Virus record (IMG/VR): IMGVR_UViG_2061766007_000075
Coordinates: 1 to 64,000 of that record
DNA length: 64,000 bases
Source: an uncultured virus (IMG/VR IMGVR_UViG_2061766007_000075)
Taxonomy: Duplodnaviria; Heunggongvirae; Uroviricota; Caudoviricetes
Direction: 5' to 3' (one strand)
Every line of letters starts with the position of its first letter. Position 1 is the stretch's first letter. The position numbers and the translations under genes were made by a program. Under the pieces are notes generated by a model. It searched no databases. It was not told the DNA's origin and saw nothing but the letters and a program-made list of their open reading frames with translations. Shown here piece after piece: positions 35,320-45,314 of the stretch.

Positions 35320-35720
35320 TGGCGGAATGCGGAGAGCGGTTGACGCCTCGTCAGCGCAAGCAAGAGGAGGCTCGCCTTCAAGCGCGGTGCTTTCAGAGGT
35401 GTTGGAATGAATATCCCGAGACGAGGAGATTGCTTTTTCATGTGGAGAACGAAGCGCCCCATGGCAACGTCATTGAGGGGGCTCGTAGGAAGGCTCTCGG
35501 TCTTGTCGCGGGCGTGGCGGACCTTCTCTTGCTGATGCCTCGTGGGAAATGGCACGGGCTCTGCATAGAGATGAAGACTTTGTCTCGCAGTTCTCGTCAG
35601 CGCACAGAACAGCGAGAGTGGCAGATGCTTGTTGAGTCCCAAGGATACCGTTACGAAGTTATTCGGACCGAGGAAGATTTTTTCGCTCTTATCCGCGAAT
35701 ATCTTGCACTTCCGCATTAG
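35319..35720 (+). CDS. VRR-NUC domain nuclease
   Basis: EARLQ, LFHVENE, GLVAGVADL, IEMKT, Q..EQREW. Confidence 0.88.
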   Translation: MAECGERLTPRQRKQEEARLQARCFQRCWNEYPETRRLLFHVENEAPHGNVIEGARRKALGLVAGVADLLLLMPRGKWHGLCIEMKTLSRSSRQRTEQREWQMLVESQGYRYEVIRTEEDFFALIREYLALPH

Positions 35721-35734
35721 TTTTAGTATCTTTG
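35703..35734 (+). promoter_or_regulatory. Bacteroidetes promoter
   Basis: CTTG-N20-TATCTTTG, 4 nt before ATG 35739. Confidence 0.65.
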
Positions 35735-35738
35735 CATT

Positions 35739-36296
35739 ATGTCGCGAACATCCATACCGCTCCGTCCGAGTAACTTTACCTCGTCTCTTAGAGTAGACGA
35801 GATGAATGCATTGACTTGGCTTGTCATCTCGGGCTGTCCGCGCAAGGACGCTTTCACGACCTTTGTCCGTCCCGACATGGTCGGGTCGAAGGCAAAAGCA
35901 GCAGTTGATGACTATATAAAGCAATTCTTCGCAAGAAAGGAGGTCAGAGATTATCTCGACGCCTATCAGAAGACGCTTGATGCTTTCCTTAACCCGACTC
36001 CCGTGAAGAAAGAGCCGAAGGGGTCTCTTGAGGAGCGGAAAGCAAAGGCAAAGACTAAATTAGTAGAATTTGCCATGAACCTTGCCGACGATATCGAGAA
36101 CGCGCAGGACCCCGAATTCGTCCTCAAGATGGCAGATAAGGCGGGACTCCTCGACAGCGACGAAGAGGTGGAGGAACTCCCGAGGAGATACCTCCCCGTG
36201 ACGTGTTCGGAATGTGCTTATCGAAAATTCGTCGAGGAGAACTGCGAAGTTGTTAATGACGGCACGGAACTTGCAAGTGACGACGATACCGTTTGA
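35739..36296 (+). CDS. Hypothetical protein, possible terminase small subunit
   Basis: Helical 185-aa ORF two genes upstream of the large terminase; positional inference only. Confidence 0.45.
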   Translation: MSRTSIPLRPSNFTSSLRVDEMNALTWLVISGCPRKDAFTTFVRPDMVGSKAKAAVDDYIKQFFARKEVRDYLDAYQKTLDAFLNPTPVKKEPKGSLEERKAKAKTKLVEFAMNLADDIENAQDPEFVLKMADKAGLLDSDEEVEELPRRYLPVTCSECAYRKFVEENCEVVNDGTELASDDDTV

Positions 36297-36316
36297 AGTT
36301 CGGTCATTGCTTTGGT

Positions 36317-36354
36317 TGGGGCGGTTACTTTCACGCTTTGTGCCGCCCCATTTT
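36317..36354 (+). terminator. Hairpin with short U-tract
   Basis: TGGGGCGG/CCGCCCCA followed by TTTT. Confidence 0.5.
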
Positions 36355-36377
36355 ATGAAACTTTATTATAAATCGAT

Positions 36378-36677
36378 ATGGAAGTAAAAGGTAAAATCAC
36401 AGCGATTCCGCCCGCAAGGAGCGGAGTCTCGGGCAGGGGCCCATGGAAGAAAGCATTTATCGTCGTCCGCTATGAGGAAGGCGACCATCCGAAGAGCATT
36501 ATGCTCTCGAACATGAACAAGGCAGAAGAGTTCGAAAGACTTGCCGTCGGTCAGAGTGGGACATTCAAGTTCGACTGCTCCGTCCGCGAGAACAACGGCA
36601 ATTTCTATATGGACATTAACTGTTGGTCATGGCAGATAGATCAGTCTTCCGCTCCGAGCGCGGGAGAACCGTTCTGA
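36378..36677 (+). CDS. DUF3127-like OB-fold (SSB-like) protein
   Basis: MEVKGKI...GVS...WKK...E.NG.FY.DINCW, tail ending PF. Confidence 0.75.
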   Translation: MEVKGKITAIPPARSGVSGRGPWKKAFIVVRYEEGDHPKSIMLSNMNKAEEFERLAVGQSGTFKFDCSVRENNGNFYMDINCWSWQIDQSSAPSAGEPF

Positions 36678-36704
36678 CAAATCCATAATACCTAACTAAC
36701 AAAA

Positions 36705-36738
36705 GAGCGCATCAGAAATGGTGCGCTTAATTTTTTTT
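36705..36738 (+). terminator. Intrinsic terminator
   Basis: GAGCGCATCA-GAAA-TGGTGCGCTT then a T8 run. Confidence 0.7.
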
Positions 36739-36740
36739 AC

Positions 36741-36748
36741 TATATTTG
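36741..36748 (+). promoter_or_regulatory. -7 promoter box
   Basis: TATATTTG 6 nt before ATG 36755. Confidence 0.6.
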
Positions 36749-36754
36749 CGGAGT

Positions 36755-38494
36755 ATGTTCCGATTAGTCAACCATAACGCAACATTCCCTTCTCTTTACG
36801 AGCACGTAGAGAGGCAACTTCCTACTGCCAAGGACAAGGGGTGGGACAAGGTCGGCGGTTTTTTGCTTCGTGAAAAGACAGACTTTATGCCGCAACCTGG
36901 ACTGCAAGAAAGATTCATTCAGTGCAACAGTAACATTATTTTCTTGTGTGGAGCGGCCACTATGGGGAAGAGTTATGCTATGCTTATGAAGTTCCTCAAG
37001 GGGATGGACAAGCCCGGTTTTGCTGGTCGTTTTATCTCAATGCGCCTTGCGGACTCGAAGAAGGGTACTTCCATCTACAGAGATGCGATGGAGTTACTTG
37101 GCAACTATGCGGATTGTGAGGTAAACTCGAGCGATTCGCCAACCTTTGCATGGCCGAAATACAACTCTGCAGTACAGCTTATCCATAGCAATTTTAATGT
37201 CGACAACCCTACGGAGTGGGACGACTTTAAGGAACTTGCGAAGAAGAACCAAGCGAGTCTGATACAAATCGATGAGGGCACGGCGATGTCTTTCAAAATG
37301 TTTACCTATTGGATGAGCCGAAACCGTGATTCCTCAGGGATGAAGCCTCAGATAACGATGTCCTTTAATGCGGAATTCACTCATTGGACGACGACATTGC
37401 TGTTGAACGCGGGGTATATCAATCCCGAGACATATTACATCTACCCCGAGATGAACGGCGTGACAAAGTATATGTATTTTGCGGGCGACGATGTCAACGA
37501 TGTGATTATCGGCGATACTGCGGAGGCGGTTGCTGATGCGGCGGGGATAACGCTTTCTGAGGCGGATATTGCGGCTGGGCTTACTAAGGCGGATATGGTC
37601 AAGAGTTTTACCATGTTCACGGGCGAGGCATCTGATAATCGTAAACTTGTCGCCGCGACGGGTGGCGGTTCGGTCGCCAACCTCCACGCTGTCGGTAAGA
37701 CTCAAAGGAATGTGCTTAAAGGGGCCTATTTTGGACCTCAGAACAATGAGCGCTCAAGCGTGACCAAACAGATGGTTCTTGACCTCGCGACAAACCCTAT
37801 CTCTGATGATGAGAACATGTACGCCACTATGGATATCTCTGGTGCGGAGTCTGATTCCGACGTGTGTCAAATGGTTTTATGGAAGGGGCTTCGTATTATT
37901 GCTATAGAGGCGTATAAGGGCGACATGAAAGAAATTGTGTACTGGATAGAGGGCATGCTTGAAAAATACGGCGTCCCGATGAAGAACTTTGCCTTTGACG
38001 CCACGGGGATGGGCTTCTTTTTGAAGAGTTACGTGAATGCGAACCCGATTACGGCGAACAAGACGGCGATACAAGAATTGGACGAGAACGGCAATCCAGT
38101 CACCTTCGAGCAGTATTTCAACGTGAGGAGTCAGTTGCTTGGTAAGACTCGGGTTTTGTTTGAGACGGGGAAATTAAGCACTAGCCTTGACCTCAACGAT
38201 AAATTCGTCTACGGCAAGAAAGGAGCGATGCGCACACTCCGCGATATCTTGTTTGATGAGATTGACCTCTTTATCTCCACGACGAAAAATAAGCGGATAT
38301 ATTATCTCAGCAAAAACGAGTATAAGGCTCGCCACCAGAAGAACTCTCCTGACTTGATGGATTCAATTTGTCTCCGTGCATTCTTCGAGTTGGACGCTCG
38401 CCCCAAGAAACAGCCCGCCCCCGAGATAGAGGACGACGCTTATGATGACTTGTTTATAAATTACAGTGCTGGACGCGGCACCGTGTGGATATAA
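36755..38494 (+). CDS. terL: Terminase large subunit
   Basis: PQPGLQ, Walker A GAATMGKS, Walker B IQIDEG, nuclease MDISG / FDATGMG / SPDLMDS. Confidence 0.88.
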   Translation: MFRLVNHNATFPSLYEHVERQLPTAKDKGWDKVGGFLLREKTDFMPQPGLQERFIQCNSNIIFLCGAATMGKSYAMLMKFLKGMDKPGFAGRFISMRLADSKKGTSIYRDAMELLGNYADCEVNSSDSPTFAWPKYNSAVQLIHSNFNVDNPTEWDDFKELAKKNQASLIQIDEGTAMSFKMFTYWMSRNRDSSGMKPQITMSFNAEFTHWTTTLLLNAGYINPETYYIYPEMNGVTKYMYFAGDDVNDVIIGDTAEAVADAAGITLSEADIAAGLTKADMVKSFTMFTGEASDNRKLVAATGGGSVANLHAVGKTQRNVLKGAYFGPQNNERSSVTKQMVLDLATNPISDDENMYATMDISGAESDSDVCQMVLWKGLRIIAIEAYKGDMKEIVYWIEGMLEKYGVPMKNFAFDATGMGFFLKSYVNANPITANKTAIQELDENGNPVTFEQYFNVRSQLLGKTRVLFETGKLSTSLDLNDKFVYGKKGAMRTLRDILFDEIDLFISTTKNKRIYYLSKNEYKARHQKNSPDLMDSICLRAFFELDARPKKQPAPEIEDDAYDDLFINYSAGRGTVWI

Positions 38495-38514
38495 TAATTT
38501 AATCGCGATTAACC

Positions 38515-40086
38515 ATGAACATTAGTGAACATTTCAAGAAAGACTATTGGACACGAAGGGTGCACCCAGATGTCCGCGACCCGAGATTCTCGTCGGGATA
38601 TATCCCTGCGCAGAGCATCCCTGGGTCGTGCAACACAATTAACTTGACTCAGCAGGACTTTTTGAACGAACTGTCTCCCGCCGCCCACATTATTAACTCG
38701 TCGATAATGTCGACCCGCCCTATTTGGGGTCCAACTGGGAAGAAGGACGAAAAGGGCAAAGAGGAGATAGGCATTGTTGGATACGACAATGTTGAGGTTG
38801 TGCCTCTCGGTTGGCAAGAGTTCATCAGCAACAACAAGGTTGCACACATGTCTGCAGACGGCTTTGTTCTTGCGAACGAGACCGAGGACGAGGATACCTT
38901 TAACAAGATGCAGTCATGGTTTGACTACATCGGCATCCAAGACGCTTTCAAGGAAGCGTGTTATTACACCGAGCGTTCGGGCGATGCCGGTGTTTACATT
39001 CGTCAAACGGGTCCCGATAAAATTGAGTGGGATGTCTATTCCATTGAAAAGGGATATGTTATTTATCCGCAGAGGGATGACGACGGCGACCCGATATATT
39101 ATATAAAGTACACAATCAATCAGCGCGAGGCGGTTGATATTATCTCCAAAACGGGCGTTGAGACATGGCTTAAGGCCGACGAAAAGGAGGATGAGAATTC
39201 CATTTTCAATAAAATCATAAAATGGTTTAAGGGGGCAGACAAGGTGCGCTCAGACGACGGCTATATCCGAGTGAAGAAGGTTCCATCTCAGCTTGGCGGC
39301 GGGCTTATCCCGTTTGTGTACTTTAGGGTACCAGATGTTTCTTGGGGTCCTGCGGAACTGAGCATCGAGTCTCTTGAAAATGCTTGCAGTTATGTCGCCG
39401 AAGAAGTGAAGAACACGGCTTTCCCGATACTGTTCTTGAAGTCCGAGAAACTTGTCAGCCTCCCGCCGTCAAACCTGAACGGCAAGACGATCGGCGTCAA
39501 GGGGACGTCGGATGCTCTCGCGAACTCCGACGCGAAGTTTTTGTCGCCGCCTAATGCAAGCGATATCGCGACCTTGCATATTAAGGAACTCCGCGACAAT
39601 ATTATCCACACAACGATGACGGCTATTATTGAGCCTGAAATCATGAAGCAGGGCGCCGACAGCAGCACTTCGATAAAGATACTATTCCGTCCCGAGATAG
39701 AATGGGCGCAGTTGCGTTGGATTTACTACGCGAAGCCCATTCGTCGGTTGGTGGAGATATGCCAAAACCTCATTGACAAGGTTGAAGACGCCGCTGCGGG
39801 CAAGTACGCTAAACTGCGTGTCTCTGTATGGCAGTCGATATGGATTCCCGAGAATGAGGCGGAGCGCGTGAAGATTGAACTTGACCAATATTACGCGGGG
39901 GTCAAGAGTCGCAAGGCGGCTATGATTGATATAGGCAACACTCACCTTGGAGACATGGAGCAGATAATGAAGGAAAAGGAGGAGCAGATGGCCCTCGAAG
40001 CAAAATATGGCTCGACAAAAAAGGAGGTTAACCCCAACATCCCGAACGTGACCAACCAAGCAGAGAATCAGCCTCTTGGGAAGTAA
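38515..40086 (+). CDS. Portal protein (SPP1-like)
   Basis: Follows terL; 523 aa; GDAGVY, IPFVYFR, WIPENE...E, SRKAAM motifs. Confidence 0.8.
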   Translation: MNISEHFKKDYWTRRVHPDVRDPRFSSGYIPAQSIPGSCNTINLTQQDFLNELSPAAHIINSSIMSTRPIWGPTGKKDEKGKEEIGIVGYDNVEVVPLGWQEFISNNKVAHMSADGFVLANETEDEDTFNKMQSWFDYIGIQDAFKEACYYTERSGDAGVYIRQTGPDKIEWDVYSIEKGYVIYPQRDDDGDPIYYIKYTINQREAVDIISKTGVETWLKADEKEDENSIFNKIIKWFKGADKVRSDDGYIRVKKVPSQLGGGLIPFVYFRVPDVSWGPAELSIESLENACSYVAEEVKNTAFPILFLKSEKLVSLPPSNLNGKTIGVKGTSDALANSDAKFLSPPNASDIATLHIKELRDNIIHTTMTAIIEPEIMKQGADSSTSIKILFRPEIEWAQLRWIYYAKPIRRLVEICQNLIDKVEDAAAGKYAKLRVSVWQSIWIPENEAERVKIELDQYYAGVKSRKAAMIDIGNTHLGDMEQIMKEKEEQMALEAKYGSTKKEVNPNIPNVTNQAENQPLGK

Positions 40087-40173
40087 ATAAAAAACCGACA
40101 AGAGCATCACACCCGTGTCGGAAAAAACCAAAAACACACAACATATGGACTACAATGTTCAAAGGCAAAAATA
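40084..40173 (-). ncRNA. Candidate antisense small RNA with its own promoter and terminator
   Basis: Minus strand TATTTTTG box (40166-40173), U/G-rich body, CCGACA/TGTCGG hairpin, U-tract. Confidence 0.4.
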
Positions 40174-40213
40174 GAAAAAATATTTTACATTTGCATAAAT
40201 CGTGCTAAAACAT

Positions 40214-40244
40214 TTTGTGAATTGAAAAAAAGCGAGTAAATTTG
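40214..40244 (+). promoter_or_regulatory. Capsid operon promoter
   Basis: TTTG-N19-TAAATTTG. Confidence 0.7.
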
Positions 40245-40266
40245 CCACAAACAAAAAAAATATTTC

Positions 40267-40968
40267 ATGAAGAAAAAAATTCAAGACGCGTTGGAACTAG
40301 CTTATAAGGATAAGTTAGGGCTGACCGACAAAAAAGTCTACGCAAGGGTTGCCGCGCTTGGTGAAACTTATGTAGCATCTGACGAAGACATCCCCGCTTT
40401 TGTTGAAAAGGCCGAGGATATCTTGAAGGGATTTCAAGGAGTTGCAGACCAGGGTCGCACATTGGAGACGGCCAATTCCAAGATTGCGGAACTGGAGGCG
40501 AAGTTGAAAGCTCTTGAAAACAAGGGTGACGATGGCGGAGACCCTAACGACCCGACCAAAAAGGTCGATTGGCAGGCGACTCTGCAAGAGGCAATCAAAA
40601 ATGCCGTTGCGCCGCTTACCGCCGAAATCGCAGCCCTCAAGTCCTCTTCATCAGCGAAAGAGGCTCTCGCATCCGCGCATGACACTTTCTTCGGAGGCGA
40701 TTACGCCAAGAAGTACAAGGAGCAAGCTGAGGACGCATGGGCGTATGCCGTTGACATGAACGAGGCAACTGGCAGTAAGATGACCGCAGACGAACTAAAC
40801 ACAAAGGCAACCGAGTTCTTCAATCGGTCTGTCGCGCGCTTAGGCGTTGACACGAGCAAGCCTTTCCCCGCCGATTCATCCGTGAACGACAAGGAAGGCA
40901 CGACCGATTGGAGCGCCGAGCGTGAGCGTTTGATCGCCGAAGGTCGTATTGCGCCGGACAAAAAGTAA
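40267..40968 (+). CDS. Capsid scaffolding protein (putative)
   Basis: Charged coiled-coil protein between portal and capsid genes. Confidence 0.65.
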   Translation: MKKKIQDALELAYKDKLGLTDKKVYARVAALGETYVASDEDIPAFVEKAEDILKGFQGVADQGRTLETANSKIAELEAKLKALENKGDDGGDPNDPTKKVDWQATLQEAIKNAVAPLTAEIAALKSSSSAKEALASAHDTFFGGDYAKKYKEQAEDAWAYAVDMNEATGSKMTADELNTKATEFFNRSVARLGVDTSKPFPADSSVNDKEGTTDWSAERERLIAEGRIAPDKK

Positions 40969-40992
40969 GTTTAACCCCAAATCTATTCAGAA

Positions 40993-41646
40993 ATGAGTAA
41001 CTACGGCAATTCTTTTTTCTCTCCCGCTGTCAAGCAGTTCTCGGGCGCATCCGTCCCCGTATGGCTTGATGTCAAGGAGCGCAAGATTGCAGGTGGCTCC
41101 TTCAGCATCAGCGGGCTCGCAAAGGGCTCGAAGATTCCTGTTGGAACTCCCGTCAATCTCGCCAAGATGGGTGGCACCGCTGTCATCCTCGACGCCTATG
41201 TAGTTCAGTCCAATGTGGCGGCTGATGGCACATCCCTTGTCGTCAAGTCTCTGACAGGCGTCATCCCTGACCCGAGCGGTCTCGTCGTTGGCAAGGTCAC
41301 TGAGACTACGGGAATCGCTGCCAAAGCCGTCGAACTTGGCACTGGCACTGAAGGCTCGGGCGCCGACGCAGGTAAGTTCACCTTTACCATCACCGCGAAT
41401 TCCCTCGGCGCACTGACCGCAGGCGATATTCTTTACATCTGCGCAGAAGCTGGCAGCAGCAAGGCTATGCTCCGTCCTACGGGACTTTCATGGCACGAGG
41501 TTGTTGTCGACGAAGGTGTCGGCACCGCCACCTATGGTACCGTCGCTGTCGTGACCAAGGGTCAGATTCTCGCAGACCGCGCCCCTCAGATCAGCGCTTA
41601 CTTCAAGTCGCTTCTCCCGGGCATCACCTTTGAGTATGAATCTTAA
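40993..41646 (+). CDS. Head decoration/stabilising protein (putative)
   Basis: G/A/T/V-rich beta protein directly before the MCP; high-expression codon bias. Confidence 0.6.
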   Translation: MSNYGNSFFSPAVKQFSGASVPVWLDVKERKIAGGSFSISGLAKGSKIPVGTPVNLAKMGGTAVILDAYVVQSNVAADGTSLVVKSLTGVIPDPSGLVVGKVTETTGIAAKAVELGTGTEGSGADAGKFTFTITANSLGALTAGDILYICAEAGSSKAMLRPTGLSWHEVVVDEGVGTATYGTVAVVTKGQILADRAPQISAYFKSLLPGITFEYES

Positions 41647-41663
41647 TTTAGGAGGACAGAACT

Positions 41664-42881
41664 ATGAATCGTTATAGTGAAGGCTTTTACACACTTATGC
41701 AGGAAGCTGGCATCCTCTCCTCCAAGAGTTTTGACTTGTACGTCAAGGATGTCGTTGGCTTCGGCAACATTCAGTCCCTCAACCTCGATGGTTTCTCGTG
41801 GGACCCCTATTCTTCGCTGACTTTTGATTATCAGCAGCTCATCGCGAGCAACCGCCTCAAGGTTATGGCGACCTATGTCGACAAAGATTCCGAGGCGATT
41901 CCTCTCGGTACCGAGGGCTTTGAGATGACTCGTGGAGTTGTCCCTCGTCAGAAGGCTCGTTTCATCTGGGATGAGGACGACTATCGTAAGTATCTCGACG
42001 CCGTCGCGAAACTTGAGTTCCAGAACGGCTCTGCGAAGCAGTACGCTCTCGACCTTCTTTTCAACGGTCTGAGCGACATCAAGAGCGCTCACGAGCTCTC
42101 TATGACCTATCAGCGCGACCAGATGGTCTCCAACCGTGGACTGACCCTCAGCGCTGACAACAACCCTCGCGGTATCACTGGTCTTACTTTCAGCGCAAGC
42201 GTTCCTGCCGCCAATGTGACCACCCTTACGGGCGACTATCGTTGGTTCACCAGCACGACTGACAAGGACACTGCTCACGAAGGCTCATCCTCTGACCCCG
42301 TCAAGGATGTCCGCACCATAATTCGCTCGATGAAGCGCAAGGGCTACAACAACATCATGGTTGAAGTCGACGAGGCTTCTTGGCTCGAGGATATGGACCA
42401 CAGCAAGTGGCGCACCGCCGCTGGCTACCTCGTCCGTCCCGACCTCGTGCTCGCCGCCAACAATGACGCCAACGCCCTTATCGTCGGTAAGAACCTTGGT
42501 GACGACCAGATGAAGGATGCTTTCGCACGTATCATCGGCGTTCCTCTCGCGAACATCAAGTTCCGTCAGGGTCTCGCCGCTGTCGAGAAGCTCAGTGGCA
42601 AGGGCCCCGAGGCTACTCTCGCTCGTACTTCCATGAGGACTTTCAACGCGAACACCTATGTGTTCTACCCTGCTGGTCCTCTCGGAACCATTAAGAGCGT
42701 CAAGCCTCTCGTCCCCGACGCCTCTGCGATGTACGCCACCTTCTTCGGAGGTCGTGGTCTCATCCAGTACGAGTACGACGCGAAGCACAAGACTCAGGAT
42801 TGGTGGTCAGAGCTGACCGCTCTCTGCGTGCCGAACCGCCCGCAGGAGATGTTCTACCTCATCACCTATTCCGCCTCCTAA
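41664..42881 (+). CDS. Major capsid protein
   Basis: 405 aa; position; strong C/T-ending codon bias; SDPVKD and ALCVP motifs of gpE-like capsids. Confidence 0.8.
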   Translation: MNRYSEGFYTLMQEAGILSSKSFDLYVKDVVGFGNIQSLNLDGFSWDPYSSLTFDYQQLIASNRLKVMATYVDKDSEAIPLGTEGFEMTRGVVPRQKARFIWDEDDYRKYLDAVAKLEFQNGSAKQYALDLLFNGLSDIKSAHELSMTYQRDQMVSNRGLTLSADNNPRGITGLTFSASVPAANVTTLTGDYRWFTSTTDKDTAHEGSSSDPVKDVRTIIRSMKRKGYNNIMVEVDEASWLEDMDHSKWRTAAGYLVRPDLVLAANNDANALIVGKNLGDDQMKDAFARIIGVPLANIKFRQGLAAVEKLSGKGPEATLARTSMRTFNANTYVFYPAGPLGTIKSVKPLVPDASAMYATFFGGRGLIQYEYDAKHKTQDWWSELTALCVPNRPQEMFYLITYSAS

Positions 42882-42893
42882 ATCCATTGAAGT

Positions 42894-43301
42894 ATGACTG
42901 TCGAAGATTATCTGCGTAGTTTAGTGCCGGGGCTTGACTTGCAAGACAATGTTGTCGAGCGAGCGGCACTGAGTCCTATCGAGGTCGAATTAGAGCCTCT
43001 TGAGATGGACGATGAAGTTGATTCGGAGAATTTGTCCGAAACAGATTTTCGGATGCGTCTGGACTACGCATCTTCGACGATCTTCTATTCGGTGTTGGGG
43101 GTTTTCGCGGGGGGAGGCTATTCCGAGCAAGTCGGAGATGTCCGTGCGAGCCGTGGTGGTTACACTATCACGATGGCGGACAGGGCTCGCTTCAAATCGA
43201 TGGGCGATGCCCTCAGAGAGAAGTGGGGCTTCGAGGTCGAGGATGAAGACTCCTCAAGCGAAATGTATGATGCGAGTTCTTTGAGATATGCAGTTCATTG
43301 A
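42894..43301 (+). CDS. Head-tail adaptor (putative)
   Basis: Position after MCP; SEQVGD.RASRGG motif. Confidence 0.6.
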   Translation: MTVEDYLRSLVPGLDLQDNVVERAALSPIEVELEPLEMDDEVDSENLSETDFRMRLDYASSTIFYSVLGVFAGGGYSEQVGDVRASRGGYTITMADRARFKSMGDALREKWGFEVEDEDSSSEMYDASSLRYAVH

Positions 43302-43623
43302 TTTTCGTGACACTTGTGTCATTGCCCGAGATACGGGGCAGAAAGATAAATGGGACGAGCCCGAGCGCGAGACGATATATGACGGACCGTGCCTCTATGA
43401 AGAGCGCGGAACGGCATATGCTCGCTCGATAATCACTCGTGCGCCTACAGTCTTTCTTCCCGAGGTAAATGGCGATGTGCAAATCAACGACCACATTGAG
43501 ATAACGACCGAGTACGGTCGAACCATCAATGGGAATGTTGAGATCGTGCGCGACATTAACATGCCTTGGAGGAGCAATGTCCAATGCACGAGAATCGAAA
43601 TTAAACAAGCACAAGGGAGTTAA
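43288..43623 (+). CDS. Head closure protein (putative)
   Basis: DTCVIAR...IYDGPC pattern; position. Confidence 0.6.
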   Translation: MQFIDFRDTCVIARDTGQKDKWDEPERETIYDGPCLYEERGTAYARSIITRAPTVFLPEVNGDVQINDHIEITTEYGRTINGNVEIVRDINMPWRSNVQCTRIEIKQAQGS

Positions 43624-43625
43624 CA

Positions 43626-44213
43626 ATGGCAGTAAGGGCAGGCGCGACATTAGATTGGGGACAAACCTCGAGGGGTTTCGCCGAGGCGTTACTCGATGCG
43701 GGGATAACCGTCACCAAGAACGCCGCAAAGAAACTCGGCGTAGCCTGCGAAGAAGCCATCAAGAGCCTCGATTGGATGTGGCCTCGTGGTAAAGACAACG
43801 GGCCATACAAGTCGGGGTATCGAGGTGGTGATGCTGACCATCCGTGGTATACGGGTAATCTCCACGATAGCGTCGCGTGCGGTGTCGCTGATGGCACGAG
43901 ACTTCTGCAAGCTACGGCAAGTTACATGCCTCCCGCAGCAAAAGTCGCACAGCACTATAAAGGACAGATTGTCGACGGCGCTGAACTTGGGCCCGAAGCC
44001 CTTCAGCGCGCCGCTCACACTTTTGGAGCGGGCGTTGGTGGATTACGAGCCATTATGGTCGTGGGTGTGCCTTACGCAGATTTGGTTAACAGTTCCGATG
44101 CTCACTTTGATTTCATGTCTGAACTGTCGGAGTATTTTGTAGGAGAAGTCAAGGGGGCTCTTGTAGACCTCCCAAAACAATCGGTTATTGCTAAACCAAG
44201 AAGAAGAAGATGA
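43626..44213 (+). CDS. Neck/tail-completion protein (HK97 gp10-like)
   Basis: TGNLHDS and VPYA..VN motifs. Confidence 0.65.
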   Translation: MAVRAGATLDWGQTSRGFAEALLDAGITVTKNAAKKLGVACEEAIKSLDWMWPRGKDNGPYKSGYRGGDADHPWYTGNLHDSVACGVADGTRLLQATASYMPPAAKVAQHYKGQIVDGAELGPEALQRAAHTFGAGVGGLRAIMVVGVPYADLVNSSDAHFDFMSELSEYFVGEVKGALVDLPKQSVIAKPRRRR

Positions 44214-44692
44214 TGCACCCTTCGCTCATACAGCCTGATGCGGAACTCAGCGCTTATCTTAAGGATAAGGTCACTGTCGGTTCCGCCTCGGCAAAGGTCA
44301 CGGTCTACCGTGATTGGGAGCGTCCGACTAATGGGCTTCCTTCTGACTTTATCGTCGTTTACATGAACGGCGACATGGAAGGGCTCGGTAGCGGAGTGGA
44401 CTTCGCAAGGGGCAACATAATGGTTGGCTTATACTGCAAAATGAACGACGACGGTTCAGTGAAGATTAACCGCGTTCAGAACATTCTATGTCAGTTTGAT
44501 GACATACTCAGTGGTCTGACAACGGAGAACTACCATTTCGAATACGACATGCCTCGCTTCATAACCCCCACACAACCGAATCAGACTTCGGGATATTCGA
44601 TGAGCGTCCTCAACTTAAAGTGGACAACTAATCAAAATTTCAGCAACCCAAAAACAGTTATAGAAAATGGCAACAATAATTGGCAAAGTTGA
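44210..44692 (+). CDS. Tail terminator (putative)
   Basis: Position before the tail tube; size. Confidence 0.55.
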   Translation: MMHPSLIQPDAELSAYLKDKVTVGSASAKVTVYRDWERPTNGLPSDFIVVYMNGDMEGLGSGVDFARGNIMVGLYCKMNDDGSVKINRVQNILCQFDDILSGLTTENYHFEYDMPRFITPTQPNQTSGYSMSVLNLKWTTNQNFSNPKTVIENGNNNWQS

Positions 44693-45254
44693 CGCCGCAA
44701 CTGTCCCGTTTGTAGGACAGGGCGACCTTATCATCTTCGACTCCGCGTTTGCTAACAGCAAGACCTATGCTGATGCCAAACTTTCTGACTTTCAGAACCC
44801 TGTTTCTCTTGGTCAGATAGTGCAGGACAGCACCTCTTGGGAGGGTGAAGATGTCTCTACCGACCAGATTCTTGACGAGCAGGGCAACCTCATCACCGCC
44901 AAGGTCACTGCCGGTACTCTCTCCTTCTCCTTCGATATCGCCTCCACGAGCGCGAACATGATGAAGAAGTTCATGGCTGGCNNNNNNNNNNCCCCCGCCT
45001 ATCTGAACACGAGCTCTCCTGTTCCGAGCGCTGTTGGTTTCGGTGTTGAGCTTCCCGTCTTCACGTGCCCTATCATGGTCGCAGACCAGGAGAAGAAGCG
45101 CGCTTGGGTCTATCCGAAGGCCAAGATTACCTCGAACCTTTCCTACAGCGACGGTCTCTACCGTATCCACGCTGTCGTGCTCGCCGAGCAGGTCGATACC
45201 GCTTCCCTCAAGACTGGTATCCTCCTCGAAGGCGCTCTCAAGTACGAGTCCTAA
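44667..45254 (+). CDS. Major tail tube protein (contains assembly gap 44982-44991)
   Basis: Position, high-expression codon bias, followed by a terminator. Confidence 0.7.
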   Translation: MATIIGKVDAATVPFVGQGDLIIFDSAFANSKTYADAKLSDFQNPVSLGQIVQDSTSWEGEDVSTDQILDEQGNLITAKVTAGTLSFSFDIASTSANMMKKFMAGXXXXPAYLNTSSPVPSAVGFGVELPVFTCPIMVADQEKKRAWVYPKAKITSNLSYSDGLYRIHAVVLAEQVDTASLKTGILLEGALKYES

Positions 45255-45282
45255 TCTTCGTCGAGAAGACACAACCGAATTG

Positions 45283-45310
45283 GGGCGGGCTATTGCGCCC
45301 GCCCTTTTTT
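45283..45310 (+). terminator. Intrinsic terminator
   Basis: GGGCGGGC-TATTGC-GCCCGCCC-TTTTTT. Confidence 0.85.
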
Positions 45311-45314
45311 CATT

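Noticed and set aside
44982..44991. Possible hypervariable site or frameshift in the tail tube gene
   Set aside because: It is a 10-N scaffold gap; true length and sequence are unknown
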